64,000 nucleotides of DNA. Source: an uncultured Acidobacteriota bacterium. GTDB taxonomy: Bacteria; Acidobacteriota; Vicinamibacteria; Vicinamibacterales; CAVVIG01. Both the position numbers and the translations under genes were made by a program. Shown piece after piece: positions 27,420 through 36,476 of this stretch. Numbering within the stretch: position 1 is the first letter of the stretch; the number at the start of each line of letters is the position of its first letter. The notes under the pieces are model-generated. The model was not told where the DNA came from. It was given only the letters and a program-made list of their open reading frames with translations, and ran no database searches. The stretch lies in NCBI GenBank assembly GCA_963757655.1, contig CAVWSQ010000005.1, positions 242,366-306,365 of the forward strand, written 5' to 3'.

Positions 27420-28316
27420 TCAGTGCGCCACGAGCTGTCGATCGAGGTAGTTGAGCTTGTCCGGATTCCTGATCACGCGGATCGCGGCGATCGCCCCGTC
27501 TTCAACCGTCATCACGTAGACGCCGTCGAGCCTGCCGTCGACGCGCAGCACCAGGGCCTGTTCACCGTTGACTTCGGCCATGTCGACGCTGACGGATTCG
27601 AGCGGGACGCCGACCGACGGAGCCGCCCGGACAAAGCCCGCCAGCATATGAGCCACCCGCTCGCGGCCGAACACCGGCCGCCGCGCCGCGAGCACCTTGC
27701 CGCCGCCATCGCTCCAGAAGCCGACGTCCGCGGCCAGCACCCGCGTCAGCTCCTCTTCACTGGCGGCGCGGAACGCGCTCAGGAAGCGTTCGACCAGCGG
27801 GCGCTTCTCGTCGAGCGCGGCGCGAAACCTCGGCTTGCGCTCGGCGATCCGGACATTGGCGCGGTGGAACAACTGGCGACAGTTGCTGCTGGTGGTCTCG
27901 AGCATCGAAGCGATCTCCGCGTACTCGTAGTCGAACACTTCACGCAGCAGGAACACCGCGCGCTCTTCCGGCGACAGCGTTTCGAGCAGGACCATGAAGG
28001 CAAGCGTCACCGACTCGGCCTGCGCCAGCGACTGCTCGGGCTGACGCCGATCGTCGGTGACGACCGGCTCGGGCAACCATGGCCCGACATATTCCTCGCG
28101 TTTGGCGCGGGCCGACTTCAGACGATCCAGGCACAGCCGTGTGACGATGGTGGTGAGGAAGGCCTTGACCGATCGGAGGTCGGCCGGCTGCGCTGCCGAG
28201 AAGCGCAGCCACGCGTCCTGCAACACGTCCTCGGCATCGGTGGCGCTGCCGAGCATGCGGTAGGCCACGCCGAAGAGCGCGGGACGGTGGGCCTGGAACA
28301 GATCGATCTCGGCCAT
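27420..28316 (-). CDS. ECF sigma factor with C-terminal SnoaL-like extension (ECF41/SigJ-like)
   Basis: Region 2 LFGVAYRMLGSATDAEDVLQDAWLRF, region 4 EERAVFLLREVFDYEYAEIASML, then an extension of about 110 aa. The start is ATG 28314-28316; ATG 28328 is the alternative. Confidence 0.8.
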   Translation of the reverse strand: MAEIDLFQAHRPALFGVAYRMLGSATDAEDVLQDAWLRFSAAQPADLRSVKAFLTTIVTRLCLDRLKSARAKREEYVGPWLPEPVVTDDRRQPEQSLAQAESVTLAFMVLLETLSPEERAVFLLREVFDYEYAEIASMLETTSSNCRQLFHRANVRIAERKPRFRAALDEKRPLVERFLSAFRAASEEELTRVLAADVGFWSDGGGKVLAARRPVFGRERVAHMLAGFVRAAPSVGVPLESVSVDMAEVNGEQALVLRVDGRLDGVYVMTVEDGAIAAIRVIRNPDKLNYLDRQLVAH

Positions 28317-28382
28317 TACTCTCGTCATCCTGGTAAGACGACGGCAGGCGGCAGCGTGTGACACGACCGCACTGGAGGTCAG

Positions 28383-29093
28383 CTAATCGGAAATCGCAAT
28401 CTCCCCGGGAACGATGGGCCGTGTGCGCGGTAAACGGCCGAGCCGGGCGAAGTTCCCGACAAACGCCAGGATCGCCAGAAACACGATCAGCTTCAAGGTA
28501 TCGCCCGCTGTCGTTCGCGGCACGACCTTCCACAGCATCCACAACGCCGGCTGTGCCCAGCAGACCGCCCAGACCGATCCGTAGAAGTATCGGCGCTCGT
28601 GCCCCTCCCCCTTGGTCGAGGCCTTCACCCGCGGCAGCTGGCCGATCGCGCCCAGCAGCCAGATCGTGCCGGCGATCGGGAAATAGGCGTACCGGTAAAT
28701 CTGCTTCAGATACCACTGTCCCGTCGCGATCGCGACAACAAGCCCGCAGATGTTCAACACCGCGAAGGTCACGACCTCGCTCCAGGCAAACGTGTAGCAG
28801 ATGCGCCGGTAGAGCGGGTTGGGACGATCCTCGGTGAAGCGGATGATGTAGGGCCTGGGCTCGACGCCGGGCAGCGCGCCGCGCAGTCCCGCGATGCCGG
28901 TGCCGACCAGGACCGCGCCGAGCCAGACCGCCATGCGTGCGTCGAAGCCGCGGTCGAACAGGTCAAACGTCAGCGGCCCAGGGGCGATGAAGAAGACGAA
29001 GATCCAGATCGGCCAGTGATTGAACCGGTAATGCAGCTTGTTGTATTCGCGAATCTTGCGCTGCGACGCATATTCGACAGGGACAGCGTTCAC
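28383..29093 (-). CDS. Polytopic membrane protein, unknown function (236 aa)
   Basis: GTG at 29091-29093 overlaps the SNase-like gene's TGA (GTGA). It has several hydrophobic segments (WPIWIFVFFIAPGPL, MAVWLGAVLVGTGIAG, VVTFAVLNICGLVVAIA, LKLIVFLAILAFVG). Confidence 0.6.
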   Translation of the reverse strand: MNAVPVEYASQRKIREYNKLHYRFNHWPIWIFVFFIAPGPLTFDLFDRGFDARMAVWLGAVLVGTGIAGLRGALPGVEPRPYIIRFTEDRPNPLYRRICYTFAWSEVVTFAVLNICGLVVAIATGQWYLKQIYRYAYFPIAGTIWLLGAIGQLPRVKASTKGEGHERRYFYGSVWAVCWAQPALWMLWKVVPRTTAGDTLKLIVFLAILAFVGNFARLGRLPRTRPIVPGEIAISD

Positions 29094-29668
29094 GGTTTCT
29101 TTGTGCGCGTTTTGCGGCGTTTCGACGCCGGAGTTCTGGTTCGGGACGTGGGAGGCCGGCGGGCCGTCGAAGGCCGAGTATAACTCGGCGCAGGGGCTGG
29201 CGCGGCGCTCCCCCACATGCCGCGCCGAAACGCGCGGGCCTCCGCCTCCGCCCGCTGGAGCTCGGGCAAACGGCTCACGGCTGCGCCCGGGGCGACGCGT
29301 GCCAGGCCATCGCGGACGAGCGCGGCGTTCACGAACACGCCATCCTCCGTGAGCACGTAGGCGACATGCCGTCCGCGACCCGCGACGAGCGCTCCCTCCG
29401 CCTCGAGCCGCACCCACCGATGCAGCAGCAACTGCGCCAGCCGGTCGCGTGCCTCGATGCCGAATGGCGCGAAGGCGCCTTCAGCGCGCCGGATTCTCGG
29501 CGCGTCGATGCCGAGCAGCCGCACTCGGCCGAAGCCGGCGACGTCGATGGTGTGGCCGTCGACAACCGATCGGACCAGCACCGGATCGGAACGCGTGGCG
29601 CGCCCGCTGAACGATGGGGTTTGAAGTGCGGCAACGCCGGCCAGGGCCACAGTGATCAGAATCTGCAT
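29090..29668 (-). CDS. Secreted SNase (thermonuclease)-fold protein with substituted catalytic residues and a highly basic C-terminal tail
   Basis: I trimmed to the ATG at 29666-29668. Signal-like MQILITVALAGVAALQ. SNase-like blocks: VVDGHTIDV, VRLLGIDAPRIRR, GRGRHVAYV, NAALVRDGLARV, AEAEARAFRRGMW. Tail: ...TRPSTARRPPTSRTRTPASKRRKTRTKKP. Confidence 0.65.
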   Translation of the reverse strand: MQILITVALAGVAALQTPSFSGRATRSDPVLVRSVVDGHTIDVAGFGRVRLLGIDAPRIRRAEGAFAPFGIEARDRLAQLLLHRWVRLEAEGALVAGRGRHVAYVLTEDGVFVNAALVRDGLARVAPGAAVSRLPELQRAEAEARAFRRGMWGSAAPAPAPSYTRPSTARRPPTSRTRTPASKRRKTRTKKP

Positions 29669-29745
29669 ACACGACTCCAGTTGGCGCGGGATGGCGCCGA
29701 TCGCGTACGCGTAGCTGCAAACGGCAAACCAGGAAGACGAATTCG

Positions 29746-30438
29746 TCAGCCGACGAACTTGTAGCCGAGGCCGTGGACGGTGACGATGTATGCGGGAGCT
29801 TTCGGGTTGACCTCGATTTTCTGTCGCAGGCCGGCGACGTGAACGTCGACGGTGCGCGTCAGCGGCGTCTCGTCGTAACCCCACACGTCGGCCAGCAGCT
29901 GGTCGCGCGACAGCGTGGCGCCTCGATGGGCGATGAAATGGCGCAGCAGCTTGAACTCCCGCGCCGACAGGTCGAGCGCAACACCGCCGCGCATCACCTC
30001 CAGCGTTCTGAAATCGACAGCGACATCGCCAAACCGGTAGCCGTCGCCACCCGGCGGCGCGGGTCCCGGCGCGCGTCGCAGCAGCGCCTCGAGCCGCGCC
30101 ATCAGCTCGATGGTCTCGAACGGCTTCGTGAGGTAGTCATCGGCGCCCAGCTTCAGGCCGACCACCTTGTCCACGACCTGCCCGCGCGCCGTCAGCATCA
30201 GAATCGGCGTGGTCACGCCGCGGCGGCGCACTTCGCGGCAGACATCGAAGCCATTCATCCGCGGCAGCATCACGTCGAGGACGATGAGATCGTAGCCATC
30301 GTGAGTCGCCCGCGCGAGGCCGGACTCGCCGTCGCTGGCCGTCTCGACGCTGTAACCTTCGCTGCCGAGACGATCGGTCAGGGTCAAACGGAGGCCCGCC
30401 TCGTCTTCCACGATCAATACGCGCGGTGCGAGGGTCAC
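29746..30438 (-). CDS. OmpR/PhoB-family response regulator
   Basis: Receiver domain RVLIVEDE...DLIVLDVMLP plus a winged-helix domain (LSAREFKLLRHF...VHGLGYKF). GTG start overlaps the kinase stop (GTGA). Confidence 0.9.
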   Translation of the reverse strand: MTLAPRVLIVEDEAGLRLTLTDRLGSEGYSVETASDGESGLARATHDGYDLIVLDVMLPRMNGFDVCREVRRRGVTTPILMLTARGQVVDKVVGLKLGADDYLTKPFETIELMARLEALLRRAPGPAPPGGDGYRFGDVAVDFRTLEVMRGGVALDLSAREFKLLRHFIAHRGATLSRDQLLADVWGYDETPLTRTVDVHVAGLRQKIEVNPKAPAYIVTVHGLGYKFVG

Positions 30439-32330
30439 GACACCGCGCCCGGACGCAGCCGGACGACGGTCGCGCGGTCGGGATCGGCAGACGAGACAAT
30501 CGGCAGGACGATCGTGACCGTCGTACCTGCCCCCGCGCCGCTCTCCACTCGCACGTCGCCGCCGTGCGACTGAACGACATGCTTGACGACGCTCAACCCG
30601 ATGCCGCTCCCGCGCACCTGCGCGTCGACGCCGCGGCGGCCGCGGAAGAACGGCTTGAAAATCTGCGGCAGATCCACGGCGTCGATGCCGATGCCGCGAT
30701 CCGCGACGCGGATGCGCACGACGCCGGCGTCGACCGTATCGGCCGTGATCTCGACCGCGCCACCCGCCACGCTGTACTTCACGGCGTTGCCGACGACGTT
30801 CTGCACCGCCGATCGCAGGGCCTCGAGGTCGCCCATCGTGAGCGGAAGCGGCGCCCGCGATTGCACCGTGATGACGACGCCGCGCTCACGCGCGTCACTC
30901 TCCACGCCGCGCACCGCCGCGGCAATCACCATCGCGATGTCGACTTCCGTACGGACCTGCGTCTGCCTTCCGGAGTTGATGCCGGCAAACCGCAGGACGC
31001 GCTCCACCATGTCGCCGAGCCGGCGTCCTTCCGCTTCGATCAGCGATCCGTAGGTCTTGACGTGCGCAGCGTCCGCGACAACGCCGTCGGCGAGATTCTC
31101 TCCGGCGGAACAGATCACCGCCAGCGGCGTCCGCAGCTCGTGAGAGACCGATGCGACGAATTCCATCTGCTGCCGCGCCAGCCGGCGCTGGCGCTGCGCC
31201 GCCGCGATCACGAGCAGGGACGCCGCCGCCAGCAGGCCGAGCACACTCAGGCCGATGGCCAGATTTCGGCGGCGGGATCGCGCCACGATGCTCTCGAGCG
31301 AGCCGCTGCGATAACGCGCGCGCAGCTGCCACGCGCCCTGGTTGACGCCGCCATTCATCAGACCCCGCGCACCGTCGCCGGCGCGGGCCGAACGCCGCAC
31401 GATCGTGATCGCCACGCGGTCGAGCGCGCCGCCAGACCCCGACGTCACCTGTCCGGCGCTGGCGCCGGTCAGGGGGGTCATCTCCTCCATGCGCAGATCG
31501 AACAGTCCGGCGATCACGTCGGCGCCGCGCTCGTCGACCACCTCTGGCGCCGAGGTGTAGACAATCCGTGACGGCGGGTTGCGCTGCGCGATGGAAATGA
31601 GATATTCGGACGTCGCCCCGGCACCAAAATATTTCGCGACCAGCGGCTCGAGCAACTGCCGCCGCAGACCATCGGCGTCGAGCCAGACGATCACGGCGCG
31701 TGCGGCAGTCCCCGGGTTCTGTACCACGGCGATGTGTCCGGCGCCCTCGTCTAGCTTCTTGAGGAACGGCACGGGAATGATCAGGGCGGGCGCGGCAGCG
31801 TCCACGGCATCGGCCATGAAACCCGGGAGCGCGCCAGCGGCACCGGGTCGTCCGGCATGGCCCGCGCGATCGCGCCAACTGGCCAGCGCCGCCGGCCATT
31901 GAGCCGGCCGCAGTTCGTGGGTCGCAGGATCGAAGCGCTGGAGCTGGCCGGCCTGCGGACCCTGCGCCTCCACGAGAAACATGTCCTTGATCAGGCCTGG
32001 CACGGCTGCCTCCCGGGCCTTCTCGATGCTCGCAGTCAGCGCGCTGGCGGAGTGTGAATCGAATGTGTCGGGCTCACGAAACGCCACATAGATCCGCGTC
32101 AGCTCGCGATCGAACTCCCGAGTGAAATCGGCGGCGCGGCTCTGGAGGCCGGCGCGCATCCGCGCGCGTTCGGCTTCGCCGACTTCGCCGAGCCAGCGGT
32201 ACTGCAGTGTGGCCAACGTGACTAGCAGCCCGGCCAGGATCGCACCCGCGATCAGCCGCCACGGCAGCGCGGCCCGGTCGTGAAAATCAAACCGCACGAG
32301 GATCACTGTACGCGAAATGCCGCGGCGCAC
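30435..32330 (-). CDS. Sensor histidine kinase with a large periplasmic/extracytoplasmic domain
   Basis: Two TM segments flank a region of about 300 aa. H-box FVASVSHELRTPL, N/G boxes NAVKY and DRGIGI...GSGIGLS. The start is uncertain (GTG 32328-30). Confidence 0.85.
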   Translation of the reverse strand: MRRGISRTVILVRFDFHDRAALPWRLIAGAILAGLLVTLATLQYRWLGEVGEAERARMRAGLQSRAADFTREFDRELTRIYVAFREPDTFDSHSASALTASIEKAREAAVPGLIKDMFLVEAQGPQAGQLQRFDPATHELRPAQWPAALASWRDRAGHAGRPGAAGALPGFMADAVDAAAPALIIPVPFLKKLDEGAGHIAVVQNPGTAARAVIVWLDADGLRRQLLEPLVAKYFGAGATSEYLISIAQRNPPSRIVYTSAPEVVDERGADVIAGLFDLRMEEMTPLTGASAGQVTSGSGGALDRVAITIVRRSARAGDGARGLMNGGVNQGAWQLRARYRSGSLESIVARSRRRNLAIGLSVLGLLAAASLLVIAAAQRQRRLARQQMEFVASVSHELRTPLAVICSAGENLADGVVADAAHVKTYGSLIEAEGRRLGDMVERVLRFAGINSGRQTQVRTEVDIAMVIAAAVRGVESDARERGVVITVQSRAPLPLTMGDLEALRSAVQNVVGNAVKYSVAGGAVEITADTVDAGVVRIRVADRGIGIDAVDLPQIFKPFFRGRRGVDAQVRGSGIGLSVVKHVVQSHGGDVRVESGAGAGTTVTIVLPIVSSADPDRATVVRLRPGAVS

Positions 32331-32363
32331 CCCCGCCCTTTACATTTCTTACAAAACGATTGC

Positions 32364-33185
32364 CTAACCAGCGCGCAGCGGCCACCGCAGCGCGTGGAGC
32401 GCGATCCCGGCGGCGACCGCGACGTTCAGCGAATCGACGCCCGGAGCGATCGGAATCCGGACGCGGTAGTCGGCGGCGTTCTCCACTTCCACCGTGAGAC
32501 CGGCGCCTTCGGTCCCGACGATCAGGGCGATTCGCGCCGCCCGCGGCCTGCCAGCAAACACATCGATCGTTTCCGACGGTTCGCGCGGCGTCAGCGCGAC
32601 GGTGGTGAAGCCGGCGCCCGTGATGCGCGACAACACGGACGGCCAGCAGGACGTTTCGGCGCGCGCGAACGGCATGCGCAGTGTGGCGCCCATCGACGTT
32701 CTGATCGCTTTGCGGTACAGCGGATCGCAGCTGGTGGGGCTGAGCAGCACGCCGCCGGCGCCAAACGCCGCGGCATTGCGAAAGATGCCGCCGACGTTGT
32801 CGGCATTGGTCACCGCCTCGATCACGACGAGTGTGGTCGCGGCCGCGACCAGTCCGTCGACCGGCAGAAGCGCCGGCCGCTGAACCAGTGCCAGACAGCC
32901 ACGATGGACGTCATAGCCGGCGATCTCCGCGAGCGTCCTGGCGGCGCTGACGAAGATCGGCACGTCGACGCCGATGCTGGCGAACACTGACTCGAGGTCG
33001 CGCAGCGCCGGCTCGTTGACCAGCACCGACTGAACCCGATACCTTCGGTCCTCGAGCACACGCCGAACAATGTGGCGCCCCTCGGCCACGAAGAGCCCCG
33101 ATGTCCGCGCCAGATCGGCGTCGCGGACGATGCGGTAGCCGGCGACCCGCGGGTCATCCGCACGATCAATCCACACGGGTCTCAT
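32364..33185 (-). CDS. TrmH/SpoU-family RNA 2'-O-methyltransferase
   Basis: I trimmed to the ATG at 33183-33185, which has GGAGG upstream. SpoU motifs: NADNVGGIFRNAAAFG, LIVGTEGAGLT, IPIAPGVDSLNVAVAAGIAL. Confidence 0.85.
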   Translation of the reverse strand: MRPVWIDRADDPRVAGYRIVRDADLARTSGLFVAEGRHIVRRVLEDRRYRVQSVLVNEPALRDLESVFASIGVDVPIFVSAARTLAEIAGYDVHRGCLALVQRPALLPVDGLVAAATTLVVIEAVTNADNVGGIFRNAAAFGAGGVLLSPTSCDPLYRKAIRTSMGATLRMPFARAETSCWPSVLSRITGAGFTTVALTPREPSETIDVFAGRPRAARIALIVGTEGAGLTVEVENAADYRVRIPIAPGVDSLNVAVAAGIALHALRWPLRAG

Positions 33186-33193
33186 TCTTCCTC

Positions 33194-33676
33194 TCAATCC
33201 TCCCCTTGGCGGCCGCCGACGACGTGGCATCGTCGTCGATAGAGCTGCTGCACCACCGTGAGTGAGAATGTGTCGAGGGCGACAACCTCCGCCTCGAGCC
33301 CGCCGTCGGGCGTCGATGGCGACCAGCCGAGCGACTCGACCTGGAGCGGGCGATCGACGGGCGCGATCACCCGCGCGCGCGCCGAGAGACGCTCCCAGCC
33401 GCGCTCGATCGTGAACGGTTCCAGCGCGACCTTTTCGATCCCGATCGCGCGGAACCGATCGGCCGACCACTCGGCGGCGCGTCGATACGACGGCGATCCG
33501 CTCACCCGCGACCCCATCGCGGTGAGCTGGCTGGCGAACGCGAACGACTGGCCGGCGCGAATACTCGACCGGGCCAGCTCGAGCCCATCAGGAACACTCT
33601 CGTTGCCACGCCGCGGCGCGGCAACGATCGGCACCGACACCGCGACGAACAGCCCGGCCAGGCCACGACGACACAT
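33194..33676 (-). pseudogene. Probable 5' remnant of an M28-family (PA-domain) aminopeptidase gene
   Basis: A signal-like N-terminus plus GSRVSGSPSYRRAAEWSADRFRAIGIEKVALEPF resembles the N-terminal part of M28 peptidases. The ORF ends after about 160 aa, before any catalytic domain, directly abutting trmH. Confidence 0.4.
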
Positions 33677-33788
33677 CTGGGCACCTTGCCGCAGCTGGCG
33701 GAGCCAAGTCAACTTGCGAGAGGCCACCCTCGTCTAAGGGGACACGTTCGCCTGATACGCTCGCGCTCCGGGCGGCATTTGGATCACC

Positions 33789-36389
33789 ATGCCACACTTT
33801 GTTCGCGATCTTCGTTACGCATTTCGCGGGCTGACCCGCTCTCCGCTCTTCACCAGCGTCGCGCTCCTGTCCATCGCGCTGGGCATCGGCGCGAACACCG
33901 CGATCTTCACGCTCGTGGACGAGGTGCTGCTGCGGCAGCTGCCGATCAGGCATCCCGAGCAGCTCGTCCTGTTCAACGGCGCGCGAAACCACTACGGCAA
34001 CAACTCCGGCGGGAACATGCTCTCGTACCCGATGTACGAGGACTTTCGGGCCGACTTCGTCGATCGCGGCGCCGCGCCGCCGCCGGCCCGCGTCAGCCTC
34101 GCGGTCGCCAACGGCGCGCCGGCACTCAAGGTGTTCTCCGGGATCTTCGCGCGGCGGCCGATCGCGATGAGCGTCGGCCTCGACGGCCAGACCGAACGGG
34201 TTCCCGGCGAGCTCGTCTCGGGCACTTATTTTCAGGTGCTCGGTGTCGGAGCGGCGATCGGACGCGTGCTCGCCCCGGAGGACGACAAGCGCGGCGACGG
34301 TCCGGTGGCCGTGCTCAGCTACGACTACTGGCGCACTCGTTTCGGCGCCGACCCCAAGGCGATCGGCCAGACCATCACCGTCAACAACAACAAACTCACC
34401 ATCATCGGCGTGTCGCAGGCTGGCTTCGACGGCGTCGACATCGGCTACTCGCCCGGCATCCGGGTGCCGCTGCTGATGAAGGCACAGATGACGCCGAATT
34501 GGGACGACGTGGACAACCGGCGCAGCCGGTGGGTCAACGTCTTCGGGCGCCTCAAGGCCGGCGTCACGCTCGCGCAGGCCAAGGCGGCGCTGCAGCCGTA
34601 CTTCCACGGCATTCTCGAGCAGGAAGTGCTCGACGCCGCCTTCAGCGGCACCACACCCTACACCCGCGAGCAGTTTCTGAAAGGTCAGGTCGATCTGCTG
34701 CCGGCGGCGCAGGGACGATCGCCGCTGCGGCAGCAGCTGTCGCAGCCGCTCTGGCTGCTGCTCGCCATCGTCGGCGGCGTGCTGCTGATCGCGTGCGCCA
34801 ACGTTGCCAGCCTGCTGATCGCGCGGGCGACGGCACGGCAGAAGGAAATCGCCGTTCGGCTCGCCCTCGGCGCGGGTCGCGGCCGCCTCGTCGGCCAGCT
34901 GCTGGTCGAGAGCGTGCTGCTGGCGGCGATCGGCGGCCTCCTCGGGCTGGTGATCGCGTCGTGGACGACGAAGTTCCTGCTCGGTTTCCTGCCGACCACG
35001 GACACGCCGCATGTGATTACGGGATCGATCGACAACCGCGTGCTGATGTTCAATTTTGCGCTGTCGCTGGCGACCGGACTGATGTTCGGGTTGGTGCCGG
35101 CGCTGCGGTCGACGAAACCGGATCTCGCGCCGATCCTCAAGGATCAGGTCGGCGCCGTGGTCGGCGGCGGCGGCGGCGGCGTCCGGCTGCGCAAGGGCCT
35201 GGTGATCGCGCAGGTGATGGTGTCGGTGCTGCTGTTGATCAGCGCGGGTCTGTTCATCCGCAGCCTGCGGAACCTCCGCCTTCTCGATCTGGGCATGAAA
35301 ACCGACAACCTCATCGCATTCAACCTCGCACCGCCGCTCAACGGCTACACCTCGCTGCGATCGAAGCAGTTCGAGAAGCAGGTCGCGGAGCGGCTGGGCG
35401 CAGCGCCCGGAGTCACCGGCGTCGCCTTCGCGCAGATGGGACTGCTCGAGGGCAACGAGTGGGACAGCTCGATGTCGGTGGAGGGCTACGAAGCCAAGCC
35501 GGGCGAGGCGATGAATCCGTTCTGCAATGCAGTGAGCCCCGGCTACTTCAAGACCCTGGGAATTCCACTGCTGGCCGGACGCTATTTCGACGACCGCGAC
35601 GCGAGGTTCGAGGTCGGCGATCCGAACGGTCAGCTGCCGACCTACAAGGTGGCAATTGTCAACGAGAGCTACGCCAGGCACTACTTCGGGGAGCGCAGCC
35701 CGCTCGGCCGCCACATCGGCTTCGGCATGAACCCCGGAACCAAGACACCGATTGAGATCGTCGGTGTGGTGAGGGACTCGAAGTACACCGGCGTGCGCGA
35801 CGAGATCCCGCGCCAGGTGTTCTTCTCCTTCATGGAGAACGACAGCGCCGGCGGTGCGGTCATGTACGTCCGCACCACCAGTGTGCCGGAGGCGGCGTTC
35901 GGATCCATCCGCCAGATCGTGCGTCAACTCGACGCCCATGTGCCGATCTACAATCCTCGCACTCTCGAGCATCAAATCGATCAGTCGCTGCTCAACGACC
36001 GGCTGATCGCGACACTGTCCACGGCGTTCGGCGTACTGGCGACGGTGCTGGCGGTGATCGGTCTCTACGGGGTGATGGCCTTCACTGTGGCGCGTCGCAC
36101 GCGCGAGATTGGCGTGCGGATGGCGCTCGGCGCGGTGCCGGGCGACGTCGTCTGGCTGGTCATGCGCGACGTGCTGGTGCTGGTCGGATCGGGCCTCGCC
36201 CTTGGATTGATGACGTCGTGGGGCCTGGCGCGCCTGGTCGGGAGCCAGCTCTACGGCATCACCGGCGGCGATCCGATGACGATCGGCGGCGCTTGCCTGG
36301 TGCTCGCCTCGGTCGCGGCGCTTGCCGGCTACATCCCGGCGCGCCGGGCCACGCGCGTCAACCCGGTCCTTGCGCTGCGCTACGAGTGA
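33789..36389 (+). CDS. ADOP-type duplicated FtsX/MacB-like ABC transporter permease (orphan; no ATPase or PadR adjacent)
   Basis: N-terminus DLRYAFRGLTRSPLFTSVALLSIALGIGANTAIF and two FtsX modules. C-terminus ...RRATRVNPVLALRYE. 866 aa. Confidence 0.9.
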   Translation: MPHFVRDLRYAFRGLTRSPLFTSVALLSIALGIGANTAIFTLVDEVLLRQLPIRHPEQLVLFNGARNHYGNNSGGNMLSYPMYEDFRADFVDRGAAPPPARVSLAVANGAPALKVFSGIFARRPIAMSVGLDGQTERVPGELVSGTYFQVLGVGAAIGRVLAPEDDKRGDGPVAVLSYDYWRTRFGADPKAIGQTITVNNNKLTIIGVSQAGFDGVDIGYSPGIRVPLLMKAQMTPNWDDVDNRRSRWVNVFGRLKAGVTLAQAKAALQPYFHGILEQEVLDAAFSGTTPYTREQFLKGQVDLLPAAQGRSPLRQQLSQPLWLLLAIVGGVLLIACANVASLLIARATARQKEIAVRLALGAGRGRLVGQLLVESVLLAAIGGLLGLVIASWTTKFLLGFLPTTDTPHVITGSIDNRVLMFNFALSLATGLMFGLVPALRSTKPDLAPILKDQVGAVVGGGGGGVRLRKGLVIAQVMVSVLLLISAGLFIRSLRNLRLLDLGMKTDNLIAFNLAPPLNGYTSLRSKQFEKQVAERLGAAPGVTGVAFAQMGLLEGNEWDSSMSVEGYEAKPGEAMNPFCNAVSPGYFKTLGIPLLAGRYFDDRDARFEVGDPNGQLPTYKVAIVNESYARHYFGERSPLGRHIGFGMNPGTKTPIEIVGVVRDSKYTGVRDEIPRQVFFSFMENDSAGGAVMYVRTTSVPEAAFGSIRQIVRQLDAHVPIYNPRTLEHQIDQSLLNDRLIATLSTAFGVLATVLAVIGLYGVMAFTVARRTREIGVRMALGAVPGDVVWLVMRDVLVLVGSGLALGLMTSWGLARLVGSQLYGITGGDPMTIGGACLVLASVAALAGYIPARRATRVNPVLALRYE

Positions 36390-36392
36390 GCA

Positions 36393-36445
36393 GGAAAAAA
36401 CCGCTGAGATCGCCGAGAGCGTTGTTTTCGTGTTCCGCGGTGTCG
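36393..36445 (+). repeat. Post-stop-codon repeat element, copy A
   Basis: GGAAAAAACCGCTGAGATCGCCGAGAGCG begins 4 nt after the ADOP stop. ACCGC...GCGGT pairing is possible. Confidence 0.5.
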
Positions 36446-36476
36446 GCAACTTCGGACTGGTGTTACAGTGCCGGGC

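Noticed and set aside
29742-29757. TTCGTC-agcc-GACGAA hairpin at the response-regulator stop as a terminator
   Set aside because: It has only a 6-bp stem with a 4-nt loop, overlaps the coding end, and is followed by a weak T-rich tract. That is too weak to call.
33588-36449. 953-aa ORF on the minus strand
   Set aside because: It is exactly antisense to the ADOP permease gene. Its composition is Arg/Ala/Gly/Pro/Asp-rich and low in complexity, with no recognisable motifs. Stop-free antisense frames are expected at this GC content.
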